64,000 bases of DNA from an uncultured Actinomycetota bacterium (GTDB lineage Bacteria > Actinomycetota > Acidimicrobiia > Spongiisociales > UBA5794). The stretch lies in the NCBI GenBank assembly GCA_963836085.1, contig CAWIHT010000012.1, forward strand, positions 6,527 to 70,526. Direction: 5' to 3'. Within the stretch, counting starts at the first letter, position 1; every line of letters starts with the position of its first letter. The translations under genes were made by a program, and so were the position numbers. This document shows, piece by piece, positions 19,859-30,222 of the stretch. The notes beneath the pieces are model-generated. The model did not search any database, was not told where the DNA came from, and worked only from the letters and a program-made list of their open reading frames with translations.

Positions 19859-21749
19859 GTGCCACGAGGTCGTCGTTGCCGCGCAGGCGCTCCAGGCGAT
19901 AGTGCGTGTCTGGCTGGTCGAGATAGCTGGGTCGCAGCGGCGGCGGTACAAGGACGCGCCGTCGCTGGAGTTCCTCAATCACCGGTGCGTGCTTCACTGA
20001 GATCTTCCCGACCAGGAGCGTCTCGAGGCGCCCACCGTCGCCGAGGTACTCCACAACGCGCTGGAGACCTCGGAGGTAGATCGCGTCCTTGACGAATCCT
20101 CCACTGCGGTGGACGCGTGCGGCGATCTGGAACGCCGTGCGCGGCGTCATGCCGTAGTCGCCGGTCAGAAGACCGAAGGTCTCGACGAACTCGCTACCGT
20201 CGCTCACCGCCCGTGCCGCAATCACGCGTGCCGCCAGCGTCCTGAGGCGGGCCTCCGTGAGTCCGGCAACGAGGTACTCGGCGAGCACGCCGAGTCCCTC
20301 CTGCAGTTCGTCGTACCCGGCAAGACCGTTCGCGAGGAGCTTGAACCGCTGAGCAGCCCCGTTCCAGTACGTCAGGATGTGCGTGCCAACCTCGTGCTGG
20401 ATGAGCGGCTCAACCCGGTTGTCGGCGAATCGCATCTTCGACCCCACGAGGAGGCTCCCTTGCGAGACGACGAGCGACGTCACATCGTCGCGCAACTCGA
20501 CGGTGGCGCTGACACGTGGGTCAGCCTGCCGAAAGCGCTCGATCTCTTCTGCAGCAACGGCAGCGAAGGCCTCGGCATCAACGCTCTTGCCCCTGCGCTT
20601 CGACTCGGCGGGCGGCACCCGAGTGAGGAGGTCGCGCGCCGTCGCCACCATGGAAGGTTCCACCGCCCCATAGAGGGCAATGCTGGAGGGGAGAAAGCGG
20701 GGCCTGCCACGATCGCCGAGAAGGTCGAGTTGCAGGGACAACTCTCTCTGCTTCTCTCGGAAGATCGACTCGAGTGTGGGGTCCTCCACACGTTCGATAG
20801 GTATCGCATACAACGCCCGCTTCAGCGCCGTGGGGTCAACATCGAGGTGCCGATAGGCAAACCGCGGCGACCGGCCGAACTTCGCTCGTCGGAAGGCACT
20901 GTATTCGGAGTTGGTGTTCACGGGCGAAGCCATGAGGAGCAGATCGAACGCCGAGCCCACGGCCGCGAGCTCCCGATCGACGCGAGTGGCGGCACGCACG
21001 AAGGCACGGCGACCGAGTGCCTGGTAGTGCCGGGGACGATGGGTGGTTTGGTTGAATGCAAACTCATAGAGCGACTGCTGGAGCGCCCTCGAGAACTGGC
21101 GGTGGAGTGCCCGGGCGACGACCGGGTACACCTCTCCGGTGTCGTCGTCCCGGTAGATCGGCCTCACCTCGACTCCCGTCACTCGTACCGGCGATGTCGC
21201 TGTGCCAAACGAGCGCGAGATCTTCGGCACCCCGGGCGGCGAGAGGCGGCCACCGGCCGCGAGATCGACCTCCGCCGGCACGCCATCGATCTGAACCCTG
21301 CGCAAACCCTTCAGCAGGCGCACGACGCTCGGAGACTCGGCCTCGCGTCGTGCCACTACCACCCTGAATCCAGGCGGTCGAGGGGCACCGTCGGGCATAG
21401 CTCCGTTCTCGCCACGGGCACCGTCCCAAACCTCAACGATCAGGAACCCGCCAAACACCTCCGTCATTGCCTCGGCGATCGTCGAGATCAAGACGGCGGT
21501 CTGTTGCCGGTGTTTGCGATGCCGTGGAGCGATGAGATACGAGGCCTCACCCTTCACGAAGCGTGCCGCACCGGCATCCTCACTGTCGCCGGGCGGGCGA
21601 TAGACGATCAGGAACGGCAACTGCCGATCGATGTGAAGTCGCCCACCGTCGGGCAGGGATCGGCGGATCGGCAGGTCGCGTTCGAGCCGATCCGCGATCT
21701 GCCCGATCAGCTTGGTACCGATGACGGAACGATTTCCAGTCGATGCCAC
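19842..21749 (-). CDS. DUF1704 / 'QEGLA-motif' (MATCAP-like) metallocarboxypeptidase
   Basis: HEVGTH (HExxxH), LQEGLG and RVHRSGGFVKDAIYLRG; RBS GGAG before GTG 21749. Confidence 0.8.
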   Translation of the reverse strand: MASTGNRSVIGTKLIGQIADRLERDLPIRRSLPDGGRLHIDRQLPFLIVYRPPGDSEDAGAARFVKGEASYLIAPRHRKHRQQTAVLISTIAEAMTEVFGGFLIVEVWDGARGENGAMPDGAPRPPGFRVVVARREAESPSVVRLLKGLRRVQIDGVPAEVDLAAGGRLSPPGVPKISRSFGTATSPVRVTGVEVRPIYRDDDTGEVYPVVARALHRQFSRALQQSLYEFAFNQTTHRPRHYQALGRRAFVRAATRVDRELAAVGSAFDLLLMASPVNTNSEYSAFRRAKFGRSPRFAYRHLDVDPTALKRALYAIPIERVEDPTLESIFREKQRELSLQLDLLGDRGRPRFLPSSIALYGAVEPSMVATARDLLTRVPPAESKRRGKSVDAEAFAAVAAEEIERFRQADPRVSATVELRDDVTSLVVSQGSLLVGSKMRFADNRVEPLIQHEVGTHILTYWNGAAQRFKLLANGLAGYDELQEGLGVLAEYLVAGLTEARLRTLAARVIAARAVSDGSEFVETFGLLTGDYGMTPRTAFQIAARVHRSGGFVKDAIYLRGLQRVVEYLGDGGRLETLLVGKISVKHAPVIEELQRRRVLVPPPLRPSYLDQPDTHYRLERLRGNDDLVALTEPR

Positions 21750-21912
21750 GATGCTCCATTCGGGCCGGGAGTGGACAACCACACGCGCCCACATTGCCGC
21801 GGCGCCCAGCCGAGTCTACGGTCCCGCTGCGGCCTCGCCGTACGATCCCAGATGCCCCATGAGGCACGATCGTCTGTCGCTAGGATCGGTGTTCGATCCA
21901 GGAGGATGCGCC

Positions 21913-22641
21913 TTGGCACTGGTGGACTGCCCAGAATGCGGTGATCGCGTCTCAACAATCTCGCCGCAGTGTCCCAACTGCGGTCACGTTCTCTCCAAGG
22001 AGACCGCGGAGATCCAGCAGGACCCCGACGCTGTTGCCGCCGCACGTCTGCCGGTTGATCCGCCCGCTCCCGCGACACAGGCCCAGCCACGTTCGCAGAG
22101 CAACTGGGTTGTCGCCGCCGTCGTCGCGGCGATCGTCGGAGCGATCCTCGCCGTTGTAGCGGCCGCGGTGATCCTTGCCGGATCGGTCACCATCGAGAAC
22201 CCGTTCGACGACTCCGACTCCACCGATGCGGCCGGCCAGACGGCCATTGTTGAGACGACCGTCGTCGTGGACGCACCCAGCGACTACGGACTGGCGGTCG
22301 GCGAGTGCATCGACGACAGCGAACTGGAGCACTACTTCGCAGGCGACGACTACGCCACGACATCGTGCGATGGTCCGCATGACAACGAGGTGTACTACCT
22401 CCACGAGTATCTGCCCGGGCCGTTCCCAGGAGAGGACGCCGTCAGCGAGGAACTGGAGGACGTGTGCCGGGGAGAGTTCGAGGGGTACGTCGGCCGTGAC
22501 TACGAGTCGTCTTCCCTGGTGATCTACCGCCTCTGGCCGGGATCGGATTTGTGGGAGTCTGGGGGACGCATCGGCGAATGCCTGCTCTACGACAGCGATC
22601 TGGAGCCATTGACCGGATCGGCCTACCAGAGCGGCTGGTAG
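21913..22641 (+). CDS. Zinc-ribbon + TM + septum-formation-like domain protein
   Basis: CPECG..CPNCG ribbon, one TM helix, GECI..SCDGPHDNEVY motif; GGAGG before TTG. Confidence 0.7.
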   Translation: MALVDCPECGDRVSTISPQCPNCGHVLSKETAEIQQDPDAVAAARLPVDPPAPATQAQPRSQSNWVVAAVVAAIVGAILAVVAAAVILAGSVTIENPFDDSDSTDAAGQTAIVETTVVVDAPSDYGLAVGECIDDSELEHYFAGDDYATTSCDGPHDNEVYYLHEYLPGPFPGEDAVSEELEDVCRGEFEGYVGRDYESSSLVIYRLWPGSDLWESGGRIGECLLYDSDLEPLTGSAYQSGW

Positions 22642-22658
22642 GTCCAGCTAGCTGCCTT

Positions 22659-23189
22659 TCAACCCGGCCGGGTGTCGTAGACCAGACGGATCGCACCGTT
22701 GGCATATGGCACGGACCCGACCAATCGCATCGGACCGTCGTAGGCGTCGGCGAAGAGCGGGATCCCGCTGCCGAGTGCCAGTGGCATCACGGTGATATCG
22801 AGCGTGTCGATCGCACCACCGCGCAGACCCTCGGTGACGACCTTCCCGCCGCCGAACACCCACAAGCGTTTCGGCGTCTCTGCTGAGAATGAGCGAATCG
22901 CCTCTGCGGTCGGCGTCGACGCAAAGCGGATGTCGGCACCGTCGGGAACCGGGAGGTCGGTGCGGGTGGTGAGCACCATCGTTGGCCGAGCACCCCACAT
23001 CCACCCCCACTCGACGGCCTGCACATATGACGTGCTCCCCATGATCAGGGCACCGATGCTCTCCGTGAACGCGTCGAAGTCAAACTCCTCGATCGGGTAG
23101 TTCTCGAGATAGTCGACGGACCCATTGGTCCGGCACACGTATCCATCGAGTGTGACGGCAAGACTCGCGACAACGTCTCCTTCTCTCAT
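22659..23189 (-). CDS. Dihydrofolate reductase-like (RibD C-terminal) protein
   Basis: AVTLDGY, MGSTSY, WVFGGG, LGSGIPLF. Confidence 0.85.
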   Translation of the reverse strand: MREGDVVASLAVTLDGYVCRTNGSVDYLENYPIEEFDFDAFTESIGALIMGSTSYVQAVEWGWMWGARPTMVLTTRTDLPVPDGADIRFASTPTAEAIRSFSAETPKRLWVFGGGKVVTEGLRGGAIDTLDITVMPLALGSGIPLFADAYDGPMRLVGSVPYANGAIRLVYDTRPG

Positions 23190-23277
23190 CGCCTCACCCT
23201 ATTCGACCGCGCCGATCGGCGGGTTGTGAGTCGCCCCGCGTTCACCCGTACGATCAGCCACCGCCGATAGGAGCAGA

Positions 23278-24144
23278 ATGCCAGATCTCGTCGTTGTCAC
23301 CGGTGCCTTGGGCAATGTGGGCGCCGGGGTCGTCGCTGCCCTCGCCGGCCGCGACGTCGCAGTTCGCGTTGCAGACATCAACGAGGCGGCGCTCGCCGAG
23401 CGGTTCCCCGACTGTGACCGGGCGATGCTGGACTTCACGGACCCGTCCACGTTCGATGCTGTCGTTGCGGGCGCCCGCCGTCTGTTTCTGATTCGACCGC
23501 CGGCAATCTCACGTGTGTCGAACACGATCAACCCATTCATCGACGCGGCTCAAGATCACGACGTCGCCCATGTGGTGTTCTCGTCGGTGGCCGGGGCCGA
23601 ATCGAACCGGATCGTCCCCCACCACCGGATCGAGGCCCACCTGACGGCGTCGTCGATGGCGTGGACGATGCTGCGCCCCGGCTTCTTCGACCAGAACATC
23701 GCCACGGCCTATCGCCAGGACATCGTGGAAGACGATCGGATCTACGTCCCGGCTGGGGACGGACTCGTGGCGTTCATCGACGCCCGCGACATCGGAGAAG
23801 TCGCCGCCATGTGTCTCTCGGAGGCCGGGCACGAGATGCAGGGCTACCACCTGACCGGGCCGGAGGCCGTCACCTTCGAGCAGGTTGCAGCGGTGCTCTC
23901 CAATCATCTCGGTCGGACCATCACCTATGAGCCGGCGTCGGTATTGGGATATTTCCGGCACCTCAGAAGTCAGGGCCTCGTGCTGCCCCACGCCGTCGTC
24001 CAGACGATCCTCCACACCGGCCTCCGCACGGGCGATGCCGAGGCGGTCACGTCAACGGTCCAGGATCTTCTCGGCAGACCGGCCCGATCTCTCAGCGAGT
24101 ACATCGCCGACAACCTCGAACTCTGGCGGCCGACGAGTCCGTAG
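23278..24144 (+). CDS. NmrA-like NAD(P)-binding oxidoreductase
   Basis: VTGALGNVG Rossmann motif, HHRIE, LRPGFF, FIDARDIG. Confidence 0.85.
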   Translation: MPDLVVVTGALGNVGAGVVAALAGRDVAVRVADINEAALAERFPDCDRAMLDFTDPSTFDAVVAGARRLFLIRPPAISRVSNTINPFIDAAQDHDVAHVVFSSVAGAESNRIVPHHRIEAHLTASSMAWTMLRPGFFDQNIATAYRQDIVEDDRIYVPAGDGLVAFIDARDIGEVAAMCLSEAGHEMQGYHLTGPEAVTFEQVAAVLSNHLGRTITYEPASVLGYFRHLRSQGLVLPHAVVQTILHTGLRTGDAEAVTSTVQDLLGRPARSLSEYIADNLELWRPTSP

Positions 24145-24163
24145 TGACGACTCCGGCGGATCT

Positions 24164-25492
24164 CTACCGGGTGGCGAGATCGATCCCGGTCTCGACCGCC
24201 TGGAGGTTGACCTCGGAGAATGAGCCCACGCCTGCGGACTGGCGCAGAGCGTCGATCGGATAGGGATTGGTGAGCGTGAGCGCGGCGGTGAGGAACACGA
24301 GTCCCAGTGAGGTCTTCGGGATGCGCGTCGGGGCGGCCTTCGGATCGATCACCACGACGCGAGCATCCGTCACAACATCGGCGTAGTCGGGGATCGTCAG
24401 CACGAGGTCGTCGGTGCTCATACCAGACAGGTATGGGCCGGCCTTGCCGTAGCCGTCGGCGGAGATGATCCCGAGCACGTCTGGGCTCGTCACCGCGGTC
24501 AGCGGCATCTCCTCAGGGGCGAGCCACATCTCGGTCACCGAGTGGCCGGCCTTCACCGTCACCGGGTAGTCGTCGCGCTGTGCCGCCCAGAGGCCCGAAC
24601 GAATCCCGCCGACGGCGACCAGTCGGGCCGCCGACCGGACCTTGCCTCCTGCGGATCCGGCGATGACGATCGACATCGGCCGCTCGAGCGTGTGCTGGAA
24701 GTCGACCGGAATCGGGCGGGCGCCGGCAACGGGAGATCCTGCGACGGCGGCATGCGCGGCCCGGTAGCCGGATGCGTACTCCGTCACCGATCTCTCGTAG
24801 AGGAGGCCCGGATCCATCCCCCAGGACCGCATCGACTCTTCCATCCCTGCGCGGGTGAACTTGTTCGACCGCACGTAGTAGGCGGTGCACAGGTCCCAGA
24901 TGTCGAGCAGCGCAAAGCCAGGCGTGGTCATCGCCGCAACGAACCGGTCTGCCAGATCCTTGTCGAACGACGACCCGCGGTAGACGTATGCGGCACCGTT
25001 GACGCCGACGGTCGCGCAGATGTCGAGGGGGTGCTCGAGGTTGCCGTGCGGCGTCGTCGACGTGACGCCGCCTTCGGGTGTCGTCGTGGAGTGCTGGCCT
25101 CCGGTCATGCCGAAGTTGAGGTTGTTCATCACGATGACGGTGATCCCGATGTTGCGGCGTGCCGCAGAGAGCAGGTGCGCGCCGCCGATGCCCGTCCCGC
25201 CATCACCCATGATGACGATGACTTCGAGGTCGGGGCTGGCGAGTTTGATCCCGGTGGCGTAGGTGATCGAGCGTCCGTGGAGTCCGTGGAACGCCGAGGT
25301 GTTGAAGTACTGGTCGGAGAGCCCTGAACAGCCAATGTCGGAGACGATCACCACGTTCGCCGGGTCGAGGTCGAGTTTGATCATCGCCTCGTTGAGGCGG
25401 TCGAGGATGGGGCCGTGGCCACATCCCGGACAGAACGGGTAGGGATCGTCGGTGCGGAACGTGGCGATGGGGGTGATCGTGATCGTGCTCAT
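24164..25492 (-). CDS. 2-oxoacid:ferredoxin oxidoreductase beta subunit fused to a gamma-like domain
   Basis: FCPGCGH, DIGCS, HGRS, GDGG..NN TPP motif; C-terminal IAGSAGGKV gamma-like domain. Confidence 0.85.
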   Translation of the reverse strand: MSTITITPIATFRTDDPYPFCPGCGHGPILDRLNEAMIKLDLDPANVVIVSDIGCSGLSDQYFNTSAFHGLHGRSITYATGIKLASPDLEVIVIMGDGGTGIGGAHLLSAARRNIGITVIVMNNLNFGMTGGQHSTTTPEGGVTSTTPHGNLEHPLDICATVGVNGAAYVYRGSSFDKDLADRFVAAMTTPGFALLDIWDLCTAYYVRSNKFTRAGMEESMRSWGMDPGLLYERSVTEYASGYRAAHAAVAGSPVAGARPIPVDFQHTLERPMSIVIAGSAGGKVRSAARLVAVGGIRSGLWAAQRDDYPVTVKAGHSVTEMWLAPEEMPLTAVTSPDVLGIISADGYGKAGPYLSGMSTDDLVLTIPDYADVVTDARVVVIDPKAAPTRIPKTSLGLVFLTAALTLTNPYPIDALRQSAGVGSFSEVNLQAVETGIDLATR

Positions 25493-26616
25493 CGCACGGC
25501 CTCGGCGATCTCATCGACGGTGATCAGCGTGCCGTCGATCCGGTTTACGCCGAGCACCTCGCGGTCGCCTGCGATGCGTTCGATCTCCCTCCGGTACAGA
25601 CCCATGTTGAGTTCTGGAACGATGATCCGAATGATCCCTTCGAACGCGGCAGCCAGCGCCGACTCGGGGATCGGCCACAAGCTCTGCACGACCAGCCCCG
25701 ACGCTTTGATGCCCTCGGACCGAAGCCTGGCGATTGCACCGCGCGCCGCGCCGGCGGTGACGCCGTAGGAGATGACCAGCGTGTCGGCTCCCGGTTCCGG
25801 GTCGGCGTCGACCATCTCGATCTCATCGCGGTGCGCTTCGATCTTGTCGATCAGGTGCTGGTTGAGATCACCGACCTTCTCGGCGCTCTTGGTGATGTAG
25901 GCGCCTTCGTCGTGCGTGGATCCCGTGAGGCGGAACGGGTCGCCGTCGCCGTAGCGCCGCATCGGTTCGACGGCGTCGGAGGGGTGCCAGGCATACGGGA
26001 GGCCGTGGTCCTTCTCGACCCGATCAATCGCTTCGACGTCGGGGTACTCGTCGACATCGACCGCGGACAAGGTCATGGCGAGTTCCTTGTCGGTCAGAAG
26101 GAAGACCGGGCAGCGGAACCGCTCGGCGAGTTCGAAGGCCTTGGCGGTCAGCCCGTAGGACTCGGGGACGCTCGACGGGGCGAGCACGATCACGGGGTAT
26201 CCCCCGCCGGTGCCCCACCGCACAAACTGGATGTCGCCCTGGGCAACGGTGGTGGCACCGCCGGTCGCCGGGCCAAGACGCTGCACGTCGACGATGACGA
26301 GCGGAACCTCTCCCATGATGGCGAGGCCGATGTTCTCGGAGTAGAGGCTGATCCCAGGCCCGGATGTAGCCGTCATCGACTTCGCCCCTGCCATGGCTGC
26401 GCCGAGGCACATCCCCATCGATGCGATCTCGTCCTCGCCCTGCATGGCGACGCCACCCACCTTGGGGAGTTCGCGCATCATCGCCATGAGGATTCCGGAA
26501 GCGGGCGTGATGGGGTAGCCGGCGAAGAAGGTGCAGCCGGCGTCGATCGCTCCACGCACGATCGCGGTTGCTCCGTCCACGTACTCGCGGCGCGGCGCTT
26601 CAGTAGTCGTAGTCAT
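25489..26616 (-). CDS. 2-oxoacid:ferredoxin oxidoreductase alpha subunit
   Basis: FFAGYPITPAS, QGEDEIAS, TATSGPG, VQRLGPATG, PELNMG. Confidence 0.9.
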   Translation of the reverse strand: MTTTTEAPRREYVDGATAIVRGAIDAGCTFFAGYPITPASGILMAMMRELPKVGGVAMQGEDEIASMGMCLGAAMAGAKSMTATSGPGISLYSENIGLAIMGEVPLVIVDVQRLGPATGGATTVAQGDIQFVRWGTGGGYPVIVLAPSSVPESYGLTAKAFELAERFRCPVFLLTDKELAMTLSAVDVDEYPDVEAIDRVEKDHGLPYAWHPSDAVEPMRRYGDGDPFRLTGSTHDEGAYITKSAEKVGDLNQHLIDKIEAHRDEIEMVDADPEPGADTLVISYGVTAGAARGAIARLRSEGIKASGLVVQSLWPIPESALAAAFEGIIRIIVPELNMGLYRREIERIAGDREVLGVNRIDGTLITVDEIAEAVR

Positions 26617-26723
26617 TCCGAAAGGCTAGACCCGGAGCCCACCATCGGGCGGTTACTTCGCACCCCAAACGCGGGCATCCACGCGACCGGAGCCGCGTGG
26701 ATGCGCCGTGGTCATTTGGCTGA

Positions 26724-28667
26724 TCAGTCTTCCGTGCCTGCGGCCTCCGACGTGAGTTCGGCAACGATGTCTGCATTGGCCAGCGTCGTCACATCGCCGA
26801 GTTGGCGCTGTTCCGAGATGTCCTTGAGCAGGCGTCGCATGATTTTGCCGGACCGCGTCTTCGGGAGGTCGGGCGTGAACACGATGCTCTTCGGCTTCGC
26901 GATCGGGCCGATCGTCTCGGCTACGTGATTGCGCAGGTCCTGGAGCAGCGCCTCGTCTCCGACAACGCCACCGCGGACCGTGACGAACGCCGCAATGGCC
27001 TGGCCGGTGACCGGATCGGCGCGGCCGACGACCGCCGCCTCGGCAACAGCCGGATGCGACACGAGCGCCGACTCGACCTCGGTGGTCGAGATGTTGTGGC
27101 CGGCGATCAACATGATGTCATCGACACGGCCAAGCAGCCAGAAGTAGCCATCATCGTCGCGCTTGGCGCCGTCACCCGGGAAGTACATCCCGTCGAACCG
27201 CGACCAGTAGGTGTCGACATAGCGCTCTGGGTCGCCCCAAATACCTCGCAGCATCGATGGCCACGCATGGGGGATGGCGAGGAACCCGCCGCCCGGGATG
27301 CCGACCTCAACGCCGTCGTCATCGACGACGGTGATGCCGATGCCGGGGAACGGTCGCGTTGCCGAGCCGGGCTTCGTGGGGAGCGCTCCGGGGAGCGGTG
27401 CGATCATCATGGCGCCGGTCTCGGTCTGCCACCACGTGTCGACGATCGGGCAGTTGTTGAGGCCGATGTGCTCGTTGTACCACATCCATGCCTCGGGGTT
27501 GATCGGCTCACCGACCGTACCGAGGACACGCAGCGACGAAAGGTCGTGCATCGCGGGGTACTTGTCGCCCCACTTCATGAACGCGCGAATGGCCGTCGGA
27601 GCCGTGTAGAAGACCGATACCTTGTAGTCCTCGACAATCTTCCACAGACGGTCGAAGTCCGGGTAGTCGGGGGCACCCTCGAACATGACGCCGGTGGTCC
27701 CGTTGGCCAGCGGTCCATACACGATGTAGGAGTGGCCGGTGACCCATCCGATGTCGGCCGTGCACCAGTAGACGTCGTCGTCCTTGATGTCGAACACGAG
27801 ATCGTGGGTCGCCATAACGCCGGCCAGATAGCCGCCCTGCGTGTGGACGATGCCCTTGGGCTTGCCGGTGGTCCCTGAGGTGTACAAGACGAAGAGGATG
27901 TCCTCGGCGTCCATGACCTCTGGTTCACAGTCGGCTGACTGATCGGCCATCAGGTCGCTCCACCAGATGTCCCGACCTTCGGTCATGTTGACATCGTTCT
28001 CGGTGCGCTTGACGACCACAACCTTGTCGATCGAGGGGGAAGCGGCGACGGAGACGTCGGCGTGTTCCTTCAGAGGGAAGACCCCGCCCTTGCGCCATGA
28101 ACCGTCCTGGGTGACGAGGACCTTTGCCTCGCCGTCCTGGATGCGATCGGCAAGCGAGTCGGAGGAGAAGCCGCCGAACACGACCGAGTGGATGGCGCCG
28201 ATGCGGGCACATGCGAGCAGCGTGATCGGCAGCTCGGGAATCATGCCCATGTAGACGGCGACGCGATCGCCCTTCTCGACGCCGAGGGACTTGAGTCCGT
28301 TGGCGAACTTCGAGACCTCTTCGTGGAGTTCCTTGAAGGTGATGTCACGGGTGTCGCCGGGCTCGCCGACCCAGTGGTACGCAACCTTGTCGGGGATGGT
28401 CTCGAGGTGACGGTCGAGACAGTTGTAGGAGAGGTTCAGCTTCCCGTCCTCGAACCACTTGAAGAACGGAGCGTCCTCATCGTTGAGGCCGATGGTCGGC
28501 TCCTGGTACCAGTCGATGCGCTCGAGCGCTTGCTTCATCCACCAGGCTTCCCAGTCCTCAGACTCTTCGTAGATCTCCGGACCGGCGTTTGCCGCAGCGA
28601 CAAAAGCCTCCGACGGCGGGAAGACTCGCTCCTCCGACATCAGGTTTTCGAGAGTGTTTTCGGCCAC
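26724..28667 (-). CDS. acs: Acetyl-CoA synthetase (AMP-forming)
   Basis: [31 protein letters not shown]; GGAGG before GTG 28667. Confidence 0.95.
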   Translation of the reverse strand: MAENTLENLMSEERVFPPSEAFVAAANAGPEIYEESEDWEAWWMKQALERIDWYQEPTIGLNDEDAPFFKWFEDGKLNLSYNCLDRHLETIPDKVAYHWVGEPGDTRDITFKELHEEVSKFANGLKSLGVEKGDRVAVYMGMIPELPITLLACARIGAIHSVVFGGFSSDSLADRIQDGEAKVLVTQDGSWRKGGVFPLKEHADVSVAASPSIDKVVVVKRTENDVNMTEGRDIWWSDLMADQSADCEPEVMDAEDILFVLYTSGTTGKPKGIVHTQGGYLAGVMATHDLVFDIKDDDVYWCTADIGWVTGHSYIVYGPLANGTTGVMFEGAPDYPDFDRLWKIVEDYKVSVFYTAPTAIRAFMKWGDKYPAMHDLSSLRVLGTVGEPINPEAWMWYNEHIGLNNCPIVDTWWQTETGAMMIAPLPGALPTKPGSATRPFPGIGITVVDDDGVEVGIPGGGFLAIPHAWPSMLRGIWGDPERYVDTYWSRFDGMYFPGDGAKRDDDGYFWLLGRVDDIMLIAGHNISTTEVESALVSHPAVAEAAVVGRADPVTGQAIAAFVTVRGGVVGDEALLQDLRNHVAETIGPIAKPKSIVFTPDLPKTRSGKIMRRLLKDISEQRQLGDVTTLANADIVAELTSEAAGTED

Positions 28668-28846
28668 ATCTACCTCCAGATCGCGAACGGATATGCGCAG
28701 GTTAAGTGGTGTGTCCACTCCTGGGGAGGGCCGGATGGCCCTGTCGTCCGGGAAAGACGACTCTGGTCCGCATGTTGACAAGGGAATTGGGTCGATATAC
28801 TCCGATACTCACTGCCTATCCGACGCCGTTATGCTTTCGGGGCCCT

Positions 28847-28919
28847 GCCCCCATCGTCCAGCGGCCTAGGACTCCGCCCTTTCAAGGCGGCAACGGGGAT
28901 TCGAATTCCCCTGGGGGCA
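28847..28919 (+). tRNA. tRNA-Glu (TTC)
   Basis: Acceptor GCCCCCA/TGGGGGC; anticodon arm CCGCC-CTTTCAA-GGCGG; T-loop TTCGAAT. Confidence 0.95.
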
Positions 28920-28924
28920 CGAAC

Positions 28925-29002
28925 GGGGGCGTGGTGAAGTCTGGAGTTCACGCCGGCCTGTCAAGCCGGAGGTCGCGGGTTCAAATCCCGTCGCTCCCGC
29001 CA
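28925..29002 (+). tRNA. tRNA-Asp (GTC)
   Basis: Acceptor GGGGGCG/CGCTCCC; CCGGC-CTGTCAA-GCCGG; TTCAAAT; encoded CCA. Confidence 0.95.
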
Positions 29003-29045
29003 GACACTCCCGCCCGGGTCGCGACCCGGGCGTCGGTGTCTCCCC

Positions 29046-29121
29046 GGTCAGGTAGCTCAGCTGGTAGAGCGCTGGTCTGAAAAACCAGAGGTCGGCAGTT
29101 CGACCCTGCCCCTGACCACCA
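29046..29121 (+). tRNA. tRNA-Phe (GAA)
   Basis: Acceptor GGTCAGG/CCTGACC; CTGGT-CTGAAAA-ACCAG; encoded CCA. Confidence 0.95.
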
Positions 29122-29125
29122 TCCG

Positions 29126-29158
29126 GAACCCTCGCCATGCGGGGGTTCTTGTCGCTTT
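29126..29158 (+). terminator. Probable intrinsic terminator after the tRNA operon
   Basis: GAACCCTCGC-CAT-GCGGGGGTTC hairpin followed by TTGTCGCTTT. Confidence 0.6.
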
Positions 29159-29291
29159 CGGGGCTTCAGTTGGTGCCCGGAAGCGCTCGTTTCCTGTTCA
29201 GACTCGGCGCGTCTTCGGCGCCACCTTCGCCCTCGTGGATCGGCGCGAGCCGACACCGCCACACCGCCGCTGTAGCAGACCGCATTGCCGG

Positions 29292-29984
29292 CTACGGCGC
29301 GAGCAAGGACTCGTCGAGTGCCCCGCGCAGTGCGGTCTCGTCGGCGGCTTGTCCGGTCCACAGGTCGAAGCTGATCGCTGCCTGCTTCACGAGCATCTCG
29401 GCACCGACCACGGTTCGCAGTCCGCGCTCCGAGGCATCGGCCAGGATCGCCGTCTCGCGAGGTGCGATCACAGCATCAGCGACGACTGCATTGGGACCGA
29501 GTTGCGAGAGGTCGACATCCGCCCGTTCATCGGGATCCAACATCCCGATCGATGTCCCGTTGACCACCAGGTCCACGTCCGCCGGAACCGCGAACTCACC
29601 ATCCCACGGCACATACCGGCACTCCGCATCGACAAGCGACCGACCCGCCTCCGCTGTGCGGTTCACGACAGTGATCTCGCGGGCCCCCGCCAGGCCGAGT
29701 TCGACGGCGATCGCCCGAGCGGCACCGCCGGCACCGAGCACGACCACCGACGCTCCGCCGACGGAGCAGGTTCCGGCGAGGGCACTGACCAGACCGCGGC
29801 CATCGGTATTGTCACCAACCAGCCGGTCGCCCGATCGGTAGACGCAGTTGACCGCGCCGATCTTCGCTGCCGCCTCCGTCAGTTCATCGGTGGCGGCAAA
29901 CGCGGCCGCCATCATCTCCTGCGTCGGGTTCCCGTCAACAACCTCGCCGAGGAGTCCAAAGAACCTCCGATCGGTGAGTTTCAT
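29292..29984 (-). pseudogene. aroE: Shikimate dehydrogenase with an in-frame internal deletion (probably inactive)
   Basis: IGAVNC, GDNTDG and LGAGGAARA present, but AAFAAT joins directly to DELTEAA and the NVTxPHK segment is absent; 230 aa. Confidence 0.7.
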
Positions 29985-30222
29985 GCAGTCCTCGACTCCT
30001 CCTAGCGAACGGCCTCGCCGTCGGCGCCAGGGCCGAAGGTCGGCTGAATCGCAGCTTCCCATGCTCCGTCGCAGGCGGCGAACCGCCCGATGCCCCGCCC
30101 CATCACGGACGCCGGTTGGTGCCGCCTGGCGTTCGTTCACCAAGCGCGCGGTGAGTAGGGTCGCTGCCGATGCTCTGGGAGACCACCTGCAACCGTGCAC
30201 GCCCGATGGGCGACGAGGCGTG

